The translations under genes were made by a program, and so were the position numbers. A DNA stretch of 48,019 nucleotides from an uncultured Candidatus Saccharibacteria bacterium (GTDB taxonomy: Bacteria; Patescibacteriota; Minisyncoccia; Phycocordibacterales; Phycocordibacteraceae), in contig CAYTKJ010000001.1 in assembly GCA_964438675.1 (NCBI GenBank), positions 1 to 48,019 on the forward strand. The letters run 5' to 3'. The first letter of the stretch is position 1. Each line of letters starts with the position of its first letter. Positions 25,727-35,146 of this stretch are shown here, one piece after another. The notes under the pieces were generated by a model that worked only from the letters and a program-made list of their open reading frames with translations, ran no database searches and had not been told where the DNA came from.

Positions 25727-27136
25727 TTAAATCTCCTGGAACGTCGGCGCAATTTTACAATCGACAGATTTCGTCACCGTCTTACCATCAAGACTGCTGC
25801 AGGAGAGTTTGTACGTGGAAGTCTGGGAAAGCTCGGGTGTCACTACTTCCTTGAGCGAAATAATGCCGTTCTGCGCGGTGTATCCGCGCGACACTCCTGG
25901 GCCGGTCAGTGAGCACGATGATACGTTAAGTGCAGAAAGTGTAAGTGTGCACGACTGATTCTTTTTTATAAGCGGCGGCGCAGCAGAAAATGTGAGTGTC
26001 GCTGGTTCAAGAAGCTCAAGGTTGTCCGTGAGAGATGAGCATCCTAGGTCCTCTGGAAAATCAACATTTCCGTCACCGTTATTGTCTATACCATCGGAAC
26101 ACTGCGCAGTCGCAGTGGACGTCGTCGCCTCGCTGTCGTCGCCTGAACCACTACAACCTTGGTCGGCAAGGTCCACGTTACCGTCCCCATCATTGTCTAT
26201 TCCGTCAGAGCACTGCGAACCTCCACCTCCACCACCACCTCCAGAAACAATAGAGACACTGTTCTCACACGCTACCGTTTTGCTCTCTGACGCGCCCTGT
26301 GCAGGCACAACACTAACCACAAGCGATGCGTTTTTTGATCCGGTAGTCTGATACTGCTTAAAAACTTGTGTGAGCGTACCACTGAGTCCATCTGTGCCAC
26401 TCCACGCGTAAGTGTAGGCCCCAGCAGGGCCCGTAACTGTTGAAGACCAGAGCACATCCTCACCTATCGCTGCCTGTGATGGATGTGCGCGACACGAAAC
26501 TTGAAGCGAGCCATCTGCTACTGTCACCTGCGCAGCAGCTGTTGCCTGCCCACCGAGTCCGGTGCAAGTGACTGTGTAATTTGTCGTCTGTTGCGGTGAG
26601 ACGCTTACTGAGCCAGAGGTTGCGCCACCAGTACTAAACCCACTTCCAGTACAGCTCGTTGCACCAGTCGACGCCCACGTAAGGAGCGACTGCTCACCAC
26701 GAATAACGGCGCTTGGGTTTGCTACAAGAGACGCGGTGACTACTACTGCAGGACAAACATTTCCTGAGCGGTACAACACTTCAACTGGTTGACCAGCACT
26801 AGCGAGTGCAGGACGAACTGGTGGCTTAGCAACATCACCGGTTGGGTTCGTGATACCGAGACAGACAGTCTCGTACGGATCATACTCCCATGGACGATTG
26901 GTGACTGATTCATTCCAGTACAAAACACCATTTTCCTGTGCCCATATTGCACAGTCGATAGGCTGGTACAGTCGCTCATTAAGCACGCCACTATCTGTCG
27001 TTCCGGAATACCACACATCTTCACGCACGACCTGGGTGCAGGATGCCTGAGTTTCCTCCGGAGCAGGCATGAGAGCAAACCCAAATGCAACGAGCCCAAG
27101 TAATCCTACCGCCGCAATATTTTTTATGTACATCAT
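25727..27136 (-). CDS. Secreted mosaic surface protein (Cys/Trp module, Ig-like TWAS repeat, PKD-like, two CxDGxDNxGDG motifs, C-terminal Ig-like domain)
   Basis: 469 aa with an N-terminal signal/anchor helix. Modules: SLLTWASTGATSCTG, YTYAWSGTDGLSG, a Gly8 linker, and QCSDGIDNDGDGNVD and QCSDGIDNNGDGNVD. It ends in APTFQEI. Confidence 0.8.
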   Translation of the reverse strand: MMYIKNIAAVGLLGLVAFGFALMPAPEETQASCTQVVREDVWYSGTTDSGVLNERLYQPIDCAIWAQENGVLYWNESVTNRPWEYDPYETVCLGITNPTGDVAKPPVRPALASAGQPVEVLYRSGNVCPAVVVTASLVANPSAVIRGEQSLLTWASTGATSCTGSGFSTGGATSGSVSVSPQQTTNYTVTCTGLGGQATAAAQVTVADGSLQVSCRAHPSQAAIGEDVLWSSTVTGPAGAYTYAWSGTDGLSGTLTQVFKQYQTTGSKNASLVVSVVPAQGASESKTVACENSVSIVSGGGGGGGGSQCSDGIDNDGDGNVDLADQGCSGSGDDSEATTSTATAQCSDGIDNNGDGNVDFPEDLGCSSLTDNLELLEPATLTFSAAPPLIKKNQSCTLTLSALNVSSCSLTGPGVSRGYTAQNGIISLKEVVTPELSQTSTYKLSCSSLDGKTVTKSVDCKIAPTFQEI

Positions 27137-27858
27137 AGTGACTGAGGGATGACTGTTGCAAAACCAGGTACGTGTGTGACCTCCCTAACTTCTTCAGAGT
27201 CAAAGGAAATCATCGAAACTGCTGTTTCAGTCAAACCAATTTTAGCTACCACGAGCGCGGTACCATCTAAAGTGAACTGCATCGAGCTCACTGGTATCCC
27301 CGAGCGCACAAAGATTGGTAGGTACACTCCGCGATCGTTTTTTTCGAAAACCTGTATGGAGTTGTCTGCAGGACTTACCCACGCGACTCTTTGCGCGTCT
27401 CCCCAGACTGAAAGCGGCGTAAGTGGAGATGTGGGTACCGCAGATGCTACGAGGAGCGTCACACGCTCTGAGTCACCTGGCGTTTTGCGGACAACACCTG
27501 CCAGGTCGACCGTAATCACGGTATCATCGGACATGGTAAAAGTGCGGAGTGAACGCGTATTCATACCATCTACTGAAACATCGGGCAGTGCAGTTAAAGT
27601 GCCTGTCTCTAGGGACAGCGACTGAACCGAACGCACACCGTCTATCGAACGAACGAGGAGCGATGCGCTCCCGCCCATGCCCTGCCCCTGCCACAGATCT
27701 AGCGCGGCGACCGCAACAATGATCAATACGATTGCATACAGTAAGAAATTGCCGTTGTGAGTAGGGACTGTCCGTGCTGGAATGGTTTGTGAATTAGTCA
27801 AATCTGCCATACTACATGCATAGTAGCACTTACCTTGACGGCCAATCCTGTTTTCCAC
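27133..27858 (-). CDS. Membrane-anchored PD40-like protein (paralogue 1)
   Basis: 241 aa with the TM helix FLLYAIVLIIVAVAAL. RVAWVSPADNSIQVFEKND aligns with RLAWVAPADRSLQVFEEKD of 24806-25723. The start may be MADLTNS at 27810. There is an ATGA overlap with the next gene. Confidence 0.65.
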   Translation of the reverse strand: MENRIGRQGKCYYACSMADLTNSQTIPARTVPTHNGNFLLYAIVLIIVAVAALDLWQGQGMGGSASLLVRSIDGVRSVQSLSLETGTLTALPDVSVDGMNTRSLRTFTMSDDTVITVDLAGVVRKTPGDSERVTLLVASAVPTSPLTPLSVWGDAQRVAWVSPADNSIQVFEKNDRGVYLPIFVRSGIPVSSMQFTLDGTALVVAKIGLTETAVSMISFDSEEVREVTHVPGFATVIPQSL

Positions 27859-29210
27859 TACAACCCCTTGAGGAAGTCTATGTTTTCCTGAAACGCCTCG
27901 GCTTTTTTTATCACCGAGTCACCGTAGAAATAATTAGTTGGTTTTCGAGTATCGCACGCGCGTCCAGAATAATAGCGGCAGGCGGCATTGCGCTCTGCAC
28001 TGTATGTGCCGCCTGCCGCACCTAGATCCTGTATATAGAGGGCAGTTGCCATGATGGCGTGCTTGGCATCCCACGGATTTGCCTGTACTACCCCGAGTGT
28101 AGACTCAAGCCGTTTTTCATAAAGCATCCAAGTCGAAGGGATAAATTGAGACGGTCCCATAGCACCTCCGTACCCACGATTTGGGGTAAATACTGCAGCC
28201 AACGGGCACGATACTGGTGTCGCGCCCCAGACCAGACCGAGTGCAGACGTAATTTGTTCAAACGGCACCGTGTCACGCGGTGACTTCATTACCTTTTGAA
28301 AAACTGAGCCAGTATTTTTACCTGCACCATCACCGCTGTCGAGGTCGGTCACGTAGCAAGACCCAACATTCTTACCCAGATCAGACTCTTGCGAGAGTAT
28401 GGCGAGGATGAGCGCCGCACGAACGCCAGTCTTTTGTGCCGCGTACATGGCGTGCTCCAATGCGGTACCGAATGAAATGCCTACCGCATCACGAAGTGGG
28501 AAAAGCGCAGCACGCAACTGCTCAGCCTTACGCTGACGCTCTGCAAGCACTCCCGAGTATGCCTTTTCCTGATCTTTAGTAATATTGAGCAATTTTTTCT
28601 TCTCTGCTTCATTTACCGCAATTTGTTTTTTAGTTCGCTCGACATCAAACCGTGCATCGAGTTCAAGGTTCCGCTTTTCTGCGAGGGCCTTTTTTTCCAC
28701 TTCGGTGGCATCTTTCACATCCCGAATCTCAGCAAACAACTTCTGTAAATCGCGTCGAACGACGGCGATAGCCTCGAGGTCACCGTAGAAAGAGGTGAAG
28801 GTGTCTGCGGATAGTATGAGTTCCACCAGTGCACGCTCGTCCGCAACGTGCTGTAGCCGTAGCATTTCCGCAAGCGACATGCGACCCCGCACCAGACGCT
28901 CCTCGTATTCAGAAATGAGAGCTGACTTTGCTTGTATATCGTCCGACAATTTAGTTATGGTCACATTTCTCTGACGAATGTTTGCCTCTGCCTTTTTAAT
29001 CAGTGCATTGAGTTCTGTCACATCACCCTGTAGAGTACTTTTCTTCGCCCGCGTTTCATCAAGCACTTTCTGCCACTCAACAATTTCAGCTTGTATTTTG
29101 TTATACTCCTCCTGAAGGCGTACCTTGTCTGCATCAGTAAGGAACTGCGCATGCACACTCGGTGCAAGAAAATATCCAAAAAGGACGAGGCAAACAAAAA
29201 AGACCCGCAT
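27858..29210 (-). CDS. Secreted coiled-coil protein with a C-terminal lytic transglycosylase (SLT_2/MltB-like) domain
   Basis: 450 aa with a signal peptide ending SVHA, about 220 aa of heptad-like charged helix, then ILSQESDLG and GAMGPSQFIPSTW, typical of lytic murein transglycosylases. Confidence 0.8.
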   Translation of the reverse strand: MRVFFVCLVLFGYFLAPSVHAQFLTDADKVRLQEEYNKIQAEIVEWQKVLDETRAKKSTLQGDVTELNALIKKAEANIRQRNVTITKLSDDIQAKSALISEYEERLVRGRMSLAEMLRLQHVADERALVELILSADTFTSFYGDLEAIAVVRRDLQKLFAEIRDVKDATEVEKKALAEKRNLELDARFDVERTKKQIAVNEAEKKKLLNITKDQEKAYSGVLAERQRKAEQLRAALFPLRDAVGISFGTALEHAMYAAQKTGVRAALILAILSQESDLGKNVGSCYVTDLDSGDGAGKNTGSVFQKVMKSPRDTVPFEQITSALGLVWGATPVSCPLAAVFTPNRGYGGAMGPSQFIPSTWMLYEKRLESTLGVVQANPWDAKHAIMATALYIQDLGAAGGTYSAERNAACRYYSGRACDTRKPTNYFYGDSVIKKAEAFQENIDFLKGL

Positions 29211-29230
29211 AGGGTCAGTGTACCAAGTAT

Positions 29231-29884
29231 TTACTCCGCAGGGGGCGCCTCTGCCTCCTCTTCCTTCTTTCCGCGCTCTACAGAGTCGCCGATAGCAGTC
29301 ATGTCGACTGCAACTGGTGACTCTTCTATCACCTCCTCCTTGGCAAGAGCGGCAATCGCGACCACCTCTTCAGTATCACCGACAAGTGTCACTCCAGCTG
29401 GAAGCGTAATGTCTTGCGCCAATACTTGATCGCCAATAGCTACAAGCTTTGAAATATCAACAGTGAGTTCGTGCGGGAGACTCATCGGGTCGGCCTCGAC
29501 CTCGATCTCGTGCATGGTCTTAATAAGGTTTGCACCTCCCTTCACTGCCTCAGAATCTCCAACGAATTCAAGTGGGATCATAACCTGCACTTTCTGACCT
29601 TTCACAATGGCGTAGAAATCAGCGTGACGAGGAGTGTTCGTAATTGGGTCACGGTCAACCTCATGGATAAGGGTCGGGATCGGTGCGTCGTCAATAATCA
29701 CCGTAACAATCGTTGATTCTCCGGCAGACTTGAGTACCTTTCCAAAATCCCGAGCGTTTACTGTTATAGAGAGAGCCTCCTGCTTAGGGCCATACACGAC
29801 CGCGGGCATAGCACCACCCGCACGGATAGTGTCGAGGGCATTACCCTTTTGGGTTCGCTTGGTAGCAGTAAGCTCAATCGTCAT
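29231..29884 (-). CDS. rplY: 50S ribosomal protein L25 / general stress protein Ctc
   Basis: 217 aa with RTQKGNALDTIRAGGAMPAVVYG, HADFY and an acidic C-terminal tail. Confidence 0.88.
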   Translation of the reverse strand: MTIELTATKRTQKGNALDTIRAGGAMPAVVYGPKQEALSITVNARDFGKVLKSAGESTIVTVIIDDAPIPTLIHEVDRDPITNTPRHADFYAIVKGQKVQVMIPLEFVGDSEAVKGGANLIKTMHEIEVEADPMSLPHELTVDISKLVAIGDQVLAQDITLPAGVTLVGDTEEVVAIAALAKEEVIEESPVAVDMTAIGDSVERGKKEEEAEAPPAE

Positions 29885-29910
29885 GTTGCCCTACTATAGC
29901 CGAAACAGCC

Positions 29911-31506
29911 TTATTTGCCAAGGTCGAGGTAGGTCGCAGACTGAGCGTAGGTCGTGCCAACTTTTTTACCAGGGTTAAAGATGCCCTTAGGATCAAAGAG
30001 CTGTTTAACCTGTCCGAAAAGTGCGTACATCTCTTTTCCAAACATCTGCTCTACAAAAGGGGTGCGGACCAGGCCATCATTGTGTTCACCTGAAATTGAG
30101 CCTTGGTATTCAGAGACGAGATCGTAGACACGCTTAGAGAGCTCCTCAATCACTTGAGGCATACGCGCATCAGTTGGGTCGATGAGTGGGATGATGTGAA
30201 AGTTTCCATCTCCCACATGTCCAGCTATTGTGTAGAGCAGATTGTATTCGTCCAATATCTTTTGAAGCCTTGGTAGAAACACAGGAAGTGTGGGAGGTGG
30301 AACCACAAAGTCGTCGATGAACGGCGCAGTACGCTTCCCGCGAACTTTTTTGCGCAGCAAGGAAAAACTCTCTCGACGCACCACCCAATACTTACGCGCA
30401 GCTCGCTCATTTTTTGCAACACGCACCCCGACCGACTGTACGTGGAGGCGCAAGTCTCGTGCGAGCTTCTCTGCCTTACGTGTCGCCTCTGCCTGCGTGT
30501 CGGCCCTAAACTCAGCAAGGAGTACGAGCTTCGGGACTCCACCAAGAAGCATCATAATAAGTTCTGGCAAAAACGATATACCAAGCCCAACCAACCCACT
30601 CTTCATCTGTTTCGCAAATTCGAAAAAGTATTTGGCCGCAAGTTTAAATGTGTGGTCATCATAGGATTCGAATGAGTCTGGCTGGTAGGCTAGCACACCA
30701 GGTACTAAGGCGCCGAGCTCGTGCAAGTCTTTTACAAACAGCACCGTCATGGCAGCAAAGGGCTTTGGCTTCACCAGTCCAAATTTTATTTTGGTCACAA
30801 TGCCGAGCGTGCCCTGTGCGCCCACCATGAGTCTTGCGAGGTTCGGCTTCTCAGGGTTGAGATCCCACAACGCATACCCAGAAGAATTTTTTCGTACCTT
30901 TGGTTTATGTTCCTGTATTAACTCTTTATGTTTTGATAGGAGGACACCAAGTTTTTGTGCATACTCAGTTACGGCTTCTGAGTTAAGTGTATGCACTTGC
31001 CCATCGGACATCACCACATCAAGCTCCTGCACATAGGTGGCTGTTTTCCCATATTTTAAATGCTTCTCGCCACCAGCATTGTTTCCCACCATGCCGCCCA
31101 CGGCACACAATTCACGACTCGCCGTGTAACTCGGTAGCTCGTAACCTTTTTTCCTTGTCTCCCTATCGAAATCACGAAAATACACACCGGGTTCTGTAAC
31201 CGCATAGCCATCATTCACCTCAATGACTCGATCAAAATGCGCCATCATATCGACAACGACCGATTGCGTAAGTGGACCCCCAGACATGCACGTTCCCGCA
31301 GCACGCGGCGTGAGCGATACACCTGGATGCTCGTTGGCATAACGTACGAGTGCCTGCACATCTGCCACATCCTTGGGACGCACCACCACCTCCGGCCGCA
31401 TCCGATACAGGGACGCATCACGACTGTAGGTTTCTAGTGTTGCGCTATCATCTAGCACTTCCCCTTTGAGGAGTCCTCGCAGGTCATCAACAATGCCCAT
31501 AGACAC
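29911..31506 (-). CDS. FAD-binding oxidoreductase (GlcD / D-lactate dehydrogenase-like)
   Basis: 531 aa with an FAD_binding_4-type N-terminus (TPRAAGTCMSGGP) and a C-terminal GSISGEHNDG and DPKGIFNPGK region. Confidence 0.85.
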   Translation of the reverse strand: MSMGIVDDLRGLLKGEVLDDSATLETYSRDASLYRMRPEVVVRPKDVADVQALVRYANEHPGVSLTPRAAGTCMSGGPLTQSVVVDMMAHFDRVIEVNDGYAVTEPGVYFRDFDRETRKKGYELPSYTASRELCAVGGMVGNNAGGEKHLKYGKTATYVQELDVVMSDGQVHTLNSEAVTEYAQKLGVLLSKHKELIQEHKPKVRKNSSGYALWDLNPEKPNLARLMVGAQGTLGIVTKIKFGLVKPKPFAAMTVLFVKDLHELGALVPGVLAYQPDSFESYDDHTFKLAAKYFFEFAKQMKSGLVGLGISFLPELIMMLLGGVPKLVLLAEFRADTQAEATRKAEKLARDLRLHVQSVGVRVAKNERAARKYWVVRRESFSLLRKKVRGKRTAPFIDDFVVPPPTLPVFLPRLQKILDEYNLLYTIAGHVGDGNFHIIPLIDPTDARMPQVIEELSKRVYDLVSEYQGSISGEHNDGLVRTPFVEQMFGKEMYALFGQVKQLFDPKGIFNPGKKVGTTYAQSATYLDLGK

Positions 31507-31520
31507 AGTATACTAGCACT

Positions 31521-32495
31521 ATGAACAACATTGATTTTGTAGCGGTCGGGGACACTGTGGTCGACGACTTTATCCGCCTTAAGGATGCGCACGTTACCTG
31601 TCGCATAGACAATGAGGATTGCGAAATTTGCATGCGCTTTGGCGACAAAGTACCGTTTGAATCGTCGACTATACTCTACGGCGTCGGAAATGCAGCAAAC
31701 GCTGCGGTAGCAGCTGCGCGACTCGGACTTACGACTGGCTTCGTCACCAACTTTGGTAAAGACCTAAACGGCGATCGAATTCTTGAAGCTCATCAGCGAG
31801 AAGGTATCGACACATCGTACGAAAAACAACACGAAGGAGCTCCGACCAACTACCACTACGTCCTGTGGTACGGGGACGAACGTACCATCCTCATCAATCA
31901 CTTTCTCTACAACTATAAGTTCCCTATGGAAATGCCTGAACCTAAAATCTTGTACTTTTCTTCTGTTGCGAGCGGCACCGAGCAGTATCACGATGATGTA
32001 GCGACGTACCTCGAGGCGCATCCAAACACTTTCTTCTGCTTTCAACCGGGTACTTTTCAAATCAAGCTGGGTCCTGAGCGCCTGAAGCGCCTGTATGCAC
32101 GAGCTAACCTCCTCGTAATCAACAAAGAGGAGGCGCAGCGCATTCTGAGCGTTTCTGAAACACAAGACGACGTTCCAACACTTTTAGCAGAACTTGCCAA
32201 ACTGGGACCGCGAGTGATCATCATCTCCGACGATGTACGCGGAGCCTACGGGCTTGACAGTGGTTCGGTGCTACACCTCGACATGTACCGAGACACCAAA
32301 CCACCAGTCGAAAAAACTGGAGCTGGTGATGCCTTTACGTCTACGACGTGCGTGTACTACGCGACAGGTATGCCGCTTCGTGACGCAATGCTCCGCGGGA
32401 TGGTGAACGCGTCACAAGTTGTCCAAGACATCGGCGGACAGCGCGGACTTAAATCGAAAGCTGAGATTGAGCAGATTCTTCAAGCAAACGTTTAA
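31521..32495 (+). CDS. PfkB-family carbohydrate kinase
   Basis: 324 aa with the N-terminal VGDTVVD region and the C-terminal TGAGDAFTS ATP-site motif. Confidence 0.85.
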   Translation: MNNIDFVAVGDTVVDDFIRLKDAHVTCRIDNEDCEICMRFGDKVPFESSTILYGVGNAANAAVAAARLGLTTGFVTNFGKDLNGDRILEAHQREGIDTSYEKQHEGAPTNYHYVLWYGDERTILINHFLYNYKFPMEMPEPKILYFSSVASGTEQYHDDVATYLEAHPNTFFCFQPGTFQIKLGPERLKRLYARANLLVINKEEAQRILSVSETQDDVPTLLAELAKLGPRVIIISDDVRGAYGLDSGSVLHLDMYRDTKPPVEKTGAGDAFTSTTCVYYATGMPLRDAMLRGMVNASQVVQDIGGQRGLKSKAEIEQILQANV

Positions 32496-32646
32496 CTTCT
32501 TCGGCTTTACGAATTCCCTCTGCGCCGACCTCAGCAGTTTCTAACACCCCACCCTGGTCACGGTAGACGAGCCAGCCCACAAGCGCGGCGGTTATCGCAA
32601 GGATGAGCATGAGTCCGATGGCGCTGTGCACAGGGTTGTGCTTCAT
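32449..32646 (-). CDS. Possible small membrane protein
   Basis: 65 aa with one clear TM helix (AIGLMLILAITAALVGWLV), beginning 11 nt after the upstream gene. It overlaps the convergent PfkB 3' end by 47 nt. Confidence 0.35.
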   Translation of the reverse strand: MKHNPVHSAIGLMLILAITAALVGWLVYRDQGGVLETAEVGAEGIRKAEEVKRLLEESAQSQLSI

Positions 32647-32657
32647 ACGTTTTGGTT

Positions 32658-33311
32658 TTATGGTGACACGTGCACCACCTTCTGTATATGTGAGTGATCG
32701 TTGAGGGTCATAAGCTTAAAACGAAAGTGCGTATGATCAACTAGGTCGGCAATAGTGACGCCCGTATTCGAAATGTACAAGTGGTGCCGTACTTCGCGAA
32801 ACACTTGCGGAGTAAACGATGTACCGAGAAGCATCACACCAACAAGCACGCGAATAAAACGCTCGTGTGATACCACGACTACGTTTTCGAAACCGGTTTT
32901 CGCAATATACTCGAGCACGGTGTGTGCACGTCCCACAAATTCATCAAATGTCTCTTCATCCGAGTAGCGCCATCCCGATTCGTCATAGTGCTCCTCGATA
33001 CTTTTGAGTATGCGTTCAGAGCGTGGGTCATCCTTTGGCTTCCCTAGCATCTCTGATGGAAGCTGTACCTCTCCTAAGTACTCCGACTCCTGCACTAAGA
33101 GCTGCTTAACTTTTGCCGAGATAATGTCCGCTGTTTGTCGTGCACGTGGATAGGGAGAAGTAAAAATAGAGTCTATCGTAAGTTCTGAGAGTTTTTCCGC
33201 CACCGCCCGTGCCTGTCCTATGCCCTCTTCAGACAGATACCCATCGCGTGATTGTCGTACGTTCGACTGGTTAAGTTCCGTCACCCCGTGCCGCACAATA
33301 TAGAGTCGCAT
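32658..33311 (-). CDS. Histidine phosphatase (phosphoglycerate mutase-like) family protein
   Basis: LYIVRHGVTELN (RHG motif) and VVVSHERFIR (second catalytic His). Confidence 0.85.
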   Translation of the reverse strand: MRLYIVRHGVTELNQSNVRQSRDGYLSEEGIGQARAVAEKLSELTIDSIFTSPYPRARQTADIISAKVKQLLVQESEYLGEVQLPSEMLGKPKDDPRSERILKSIEEHYDESGWRYSDEETFDEFVGRAHTVLEYIAKTGFENVVVVSHERFIRVLVGVMLLGTSFTPQVFREVRHHLYISNTGVTIADLVDHTHFRFKLMTLNDHSHIQKVVHVSP

Positions 33312-33312
33312 A

Positions 33313-34314
33313 CTAACGTTTGAGAATTCGTACGACCGCAGCTTCTATTGCTACGTGGTCAAGTCCGTATTCACGATACAGCTCTGTTGTAGTACCGGAC
33401 TGGCCGAAACGGTCACGAACCCCAACCATTTCGATTGGCAGTGGTTGGTGTTCGACAAGAAATTCGGCAACCGTACTTCCTAACCCGCCGGCAACCTGGT
33501 GCTCCTCTACGGTAACGATGCCTTGTACTGAAGACGCCACGCGGTAGAGCATCTCAGTATCAAGCGGTTTTATAGTGTGCATGTTTATCACAGTCACACG
33601 AATTCCTGACTGCTCGAGGGTTCGTGCGGCCTTGAGTGCCTCAAACAATAACGGTCCCGCACCAACAATCGCAACTTGCGGAGACTCGCTCTCCCACATC
33701 GTGTACGCTTTACCAATTTCAAACCGAGTTTCTGGTGTCGTCATCGTCGGATACTTTTCCCGTGCAAAGCGAAGGTATGTCGGCTTTCCATTAAATGCAG
33801 CTGTGTAGGTTGCCTTACGCGCCTCCTCCGCATCACATGGCACGACGACCACCATGTGCGGGAGCATGCGCATGAGTCCGACGTCCTCAAGCGCCTGGTG
33901 CGTTGCCCCATCAGGTCCAACTGAGACACCTGCGTGCATGCCGCACACCTTCACTGGCACATTATTGAGCGCAATAGTGGTGCGCACTTGTTCGTTGTTT
34001 CGGCCAGGATTAAACGCGGCATAGGAGGTAATGAATGGAATTTTGCCGTACTCGGCAAAACCAGCACCGAGCGCAGCTAGATTTTGCTCAGCGACGCCAA
34101 CCTCAATATATCGGTTTGGGAATTCTTTTTGAAACCAATCTGCACGCGTCGATTCTGCAAGATCGGCGCACAAGACTACCACGCGCTCGTCCTCTTTCCC
34201 CGCCTCAACAACTCCTGCACCAAACCCGTCTCGGGTCGGTTTTTGTCCAACGTCAGAATCAAAAACGTTCTGGTGTATGTTTTGACTAAGCATATTCACC
34301 TTCGACTGCACCAC
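33313..34314 (-). CDS. Transketolase, C-terminal (pyrimidine-binding) subunit
   Basis: 333 aa with RDGFGAGV, EVGVAEQN and VGPDGATHQALEDV. This is a split transketolase arrangement. Confidence 0.9.
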   Translation of the reverse strand: MVQSKVNMLSQNIHQNVFDSDVGQKPTRDGFGAGVVEAGKEDERVVVLCADLAESTRADWFQKEFPNRYIEVGVAEQNLAALGAGFAEYGKIPFITSYAAFNPGRNNEQVRTTIALNNVPVKVCGMHAGVSVGPDGATHQALEDVGLMRMLPHMVVVVPCDAEEARKATYTAAFNGKPTYLRFAREKYPTMTTPETRFEIGKAYTMWESESPQVAIVGAGPLLFEALKAARTLEQSGIRVTVINMHTIKPLDTEMLYRVASSVQGIVTVEEHQVAGGLGSTVAEFLVEHQPLPIEMVGVRDRFGQSGTTTELYREYGLDHVAIEAAVVRILKR

Positions 34315-35146
34315 CTGCAGTACGGATACTTTTTAAAAACTTCTCTGCCTCATCCTTGGACGGTGGCTTACCATGCCAACGGAAATCGAACTCAATCTCA
34401 GGGACACCTTTCCCAGGAATAGTATGCGCAATCAGTACCGTTGGCTTCTCGTACACCGCCTTTGCTGTCTCACATGCGTCGACTATTTCTTCCATATTGT
34501 GACCATTGATTTCGAGCGTATGCCAGCCAAATGACTCGTACTTGTCACGGAGTGGCTCGAGTGGCATTACATCCTCAGTCATGCCGTTAATCTGTATGTT
34601 GTTTCTATCTATAATTGCGGTGAGATTGTGAAGTCTGTTGCGTCCAGCCCACATCGCAGCCTCCCAAATATTCCCTGCCTGCTGCTCACCGTCTGACATC
34701 ACACAGTAGGTGCGAAACTTTTTACCATCCATCCGTGCAGCATATGCAATCCCCGCCGCCTGAGAAAGTCCTGAGCCAAGTGGGCCTGATGTGGTTTCAA
34801 CTCCTGGAAGTCTCTCACGCTCCGGATGTCCTTGGAGGCGGGTCCCAAACTTGCGTAAGGTTATACATTCCTCCACTGAAAAATAGCCAGAAAGCGCCAT
34901 AGCAGCGTATCGTACTGGGACAATGTGACCATTTGAAAGTATGAGTCGATCGCGATCTGGCCAGTCAGGAAGTTTTGGGTTGTGATTCAAAATCTTAAAG
35001 TAGAGCGCAGCAAAAATGTCAGCCATGCCCAAGGGACCTGCCGTGTGTCCCGACCCCGCCGCAACAAGCATAGAAACTACCGTTTCGCGCACCTGTTGCG
35101 CCTTTCGCATGAGCAGAGCTTCCTCGTCCTGTGTCAGATGCAGCAT
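34286..35146 (-). CDS. Transketolase, N-terminal (TPP-binding) subunit
   Basis: 286 aa with SGHTAGPLGMADI, LSNGH and VMSDGEQQAGNIWEA. Confidence 0.9.
   Translation of the reverse strand: MLHLTQDEEALLMRKAQQVRETVVSMLVAAGSGHTAGPLGMADIFAALYFKILNHNPKLPDWPDRDRLILSNGHIVPVRYAAMALSGYFSVEECITLRKFGTRLQGHPERERLPGVETTSGPLGSGLSQAAGIAYAARMDGKKFRTYCVMSDGEQQAGNIWEAAMWAGRNRLHNLTAIIDRNNIQINGMTEDVMPLEPLRDKYESFGWHTLEINGHNMEEIVDACETAKAVYEKPTVLIAHTIPGKGVPEIEFDFRWHGKPPSKDEAEKFLKSIRTAGGAVEGEYA

Noticed and set aside
26080-26260. Tandem DNA repeat (two roughly 40-nt similar stretches and a ccacc-rich run).
   Set aside because: These are in-frame coding repeats: two CxDGIDNxGDGNVD motifs and a Gly8 linker in the 469-aa protein. 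They are not a non-coding repeat array.
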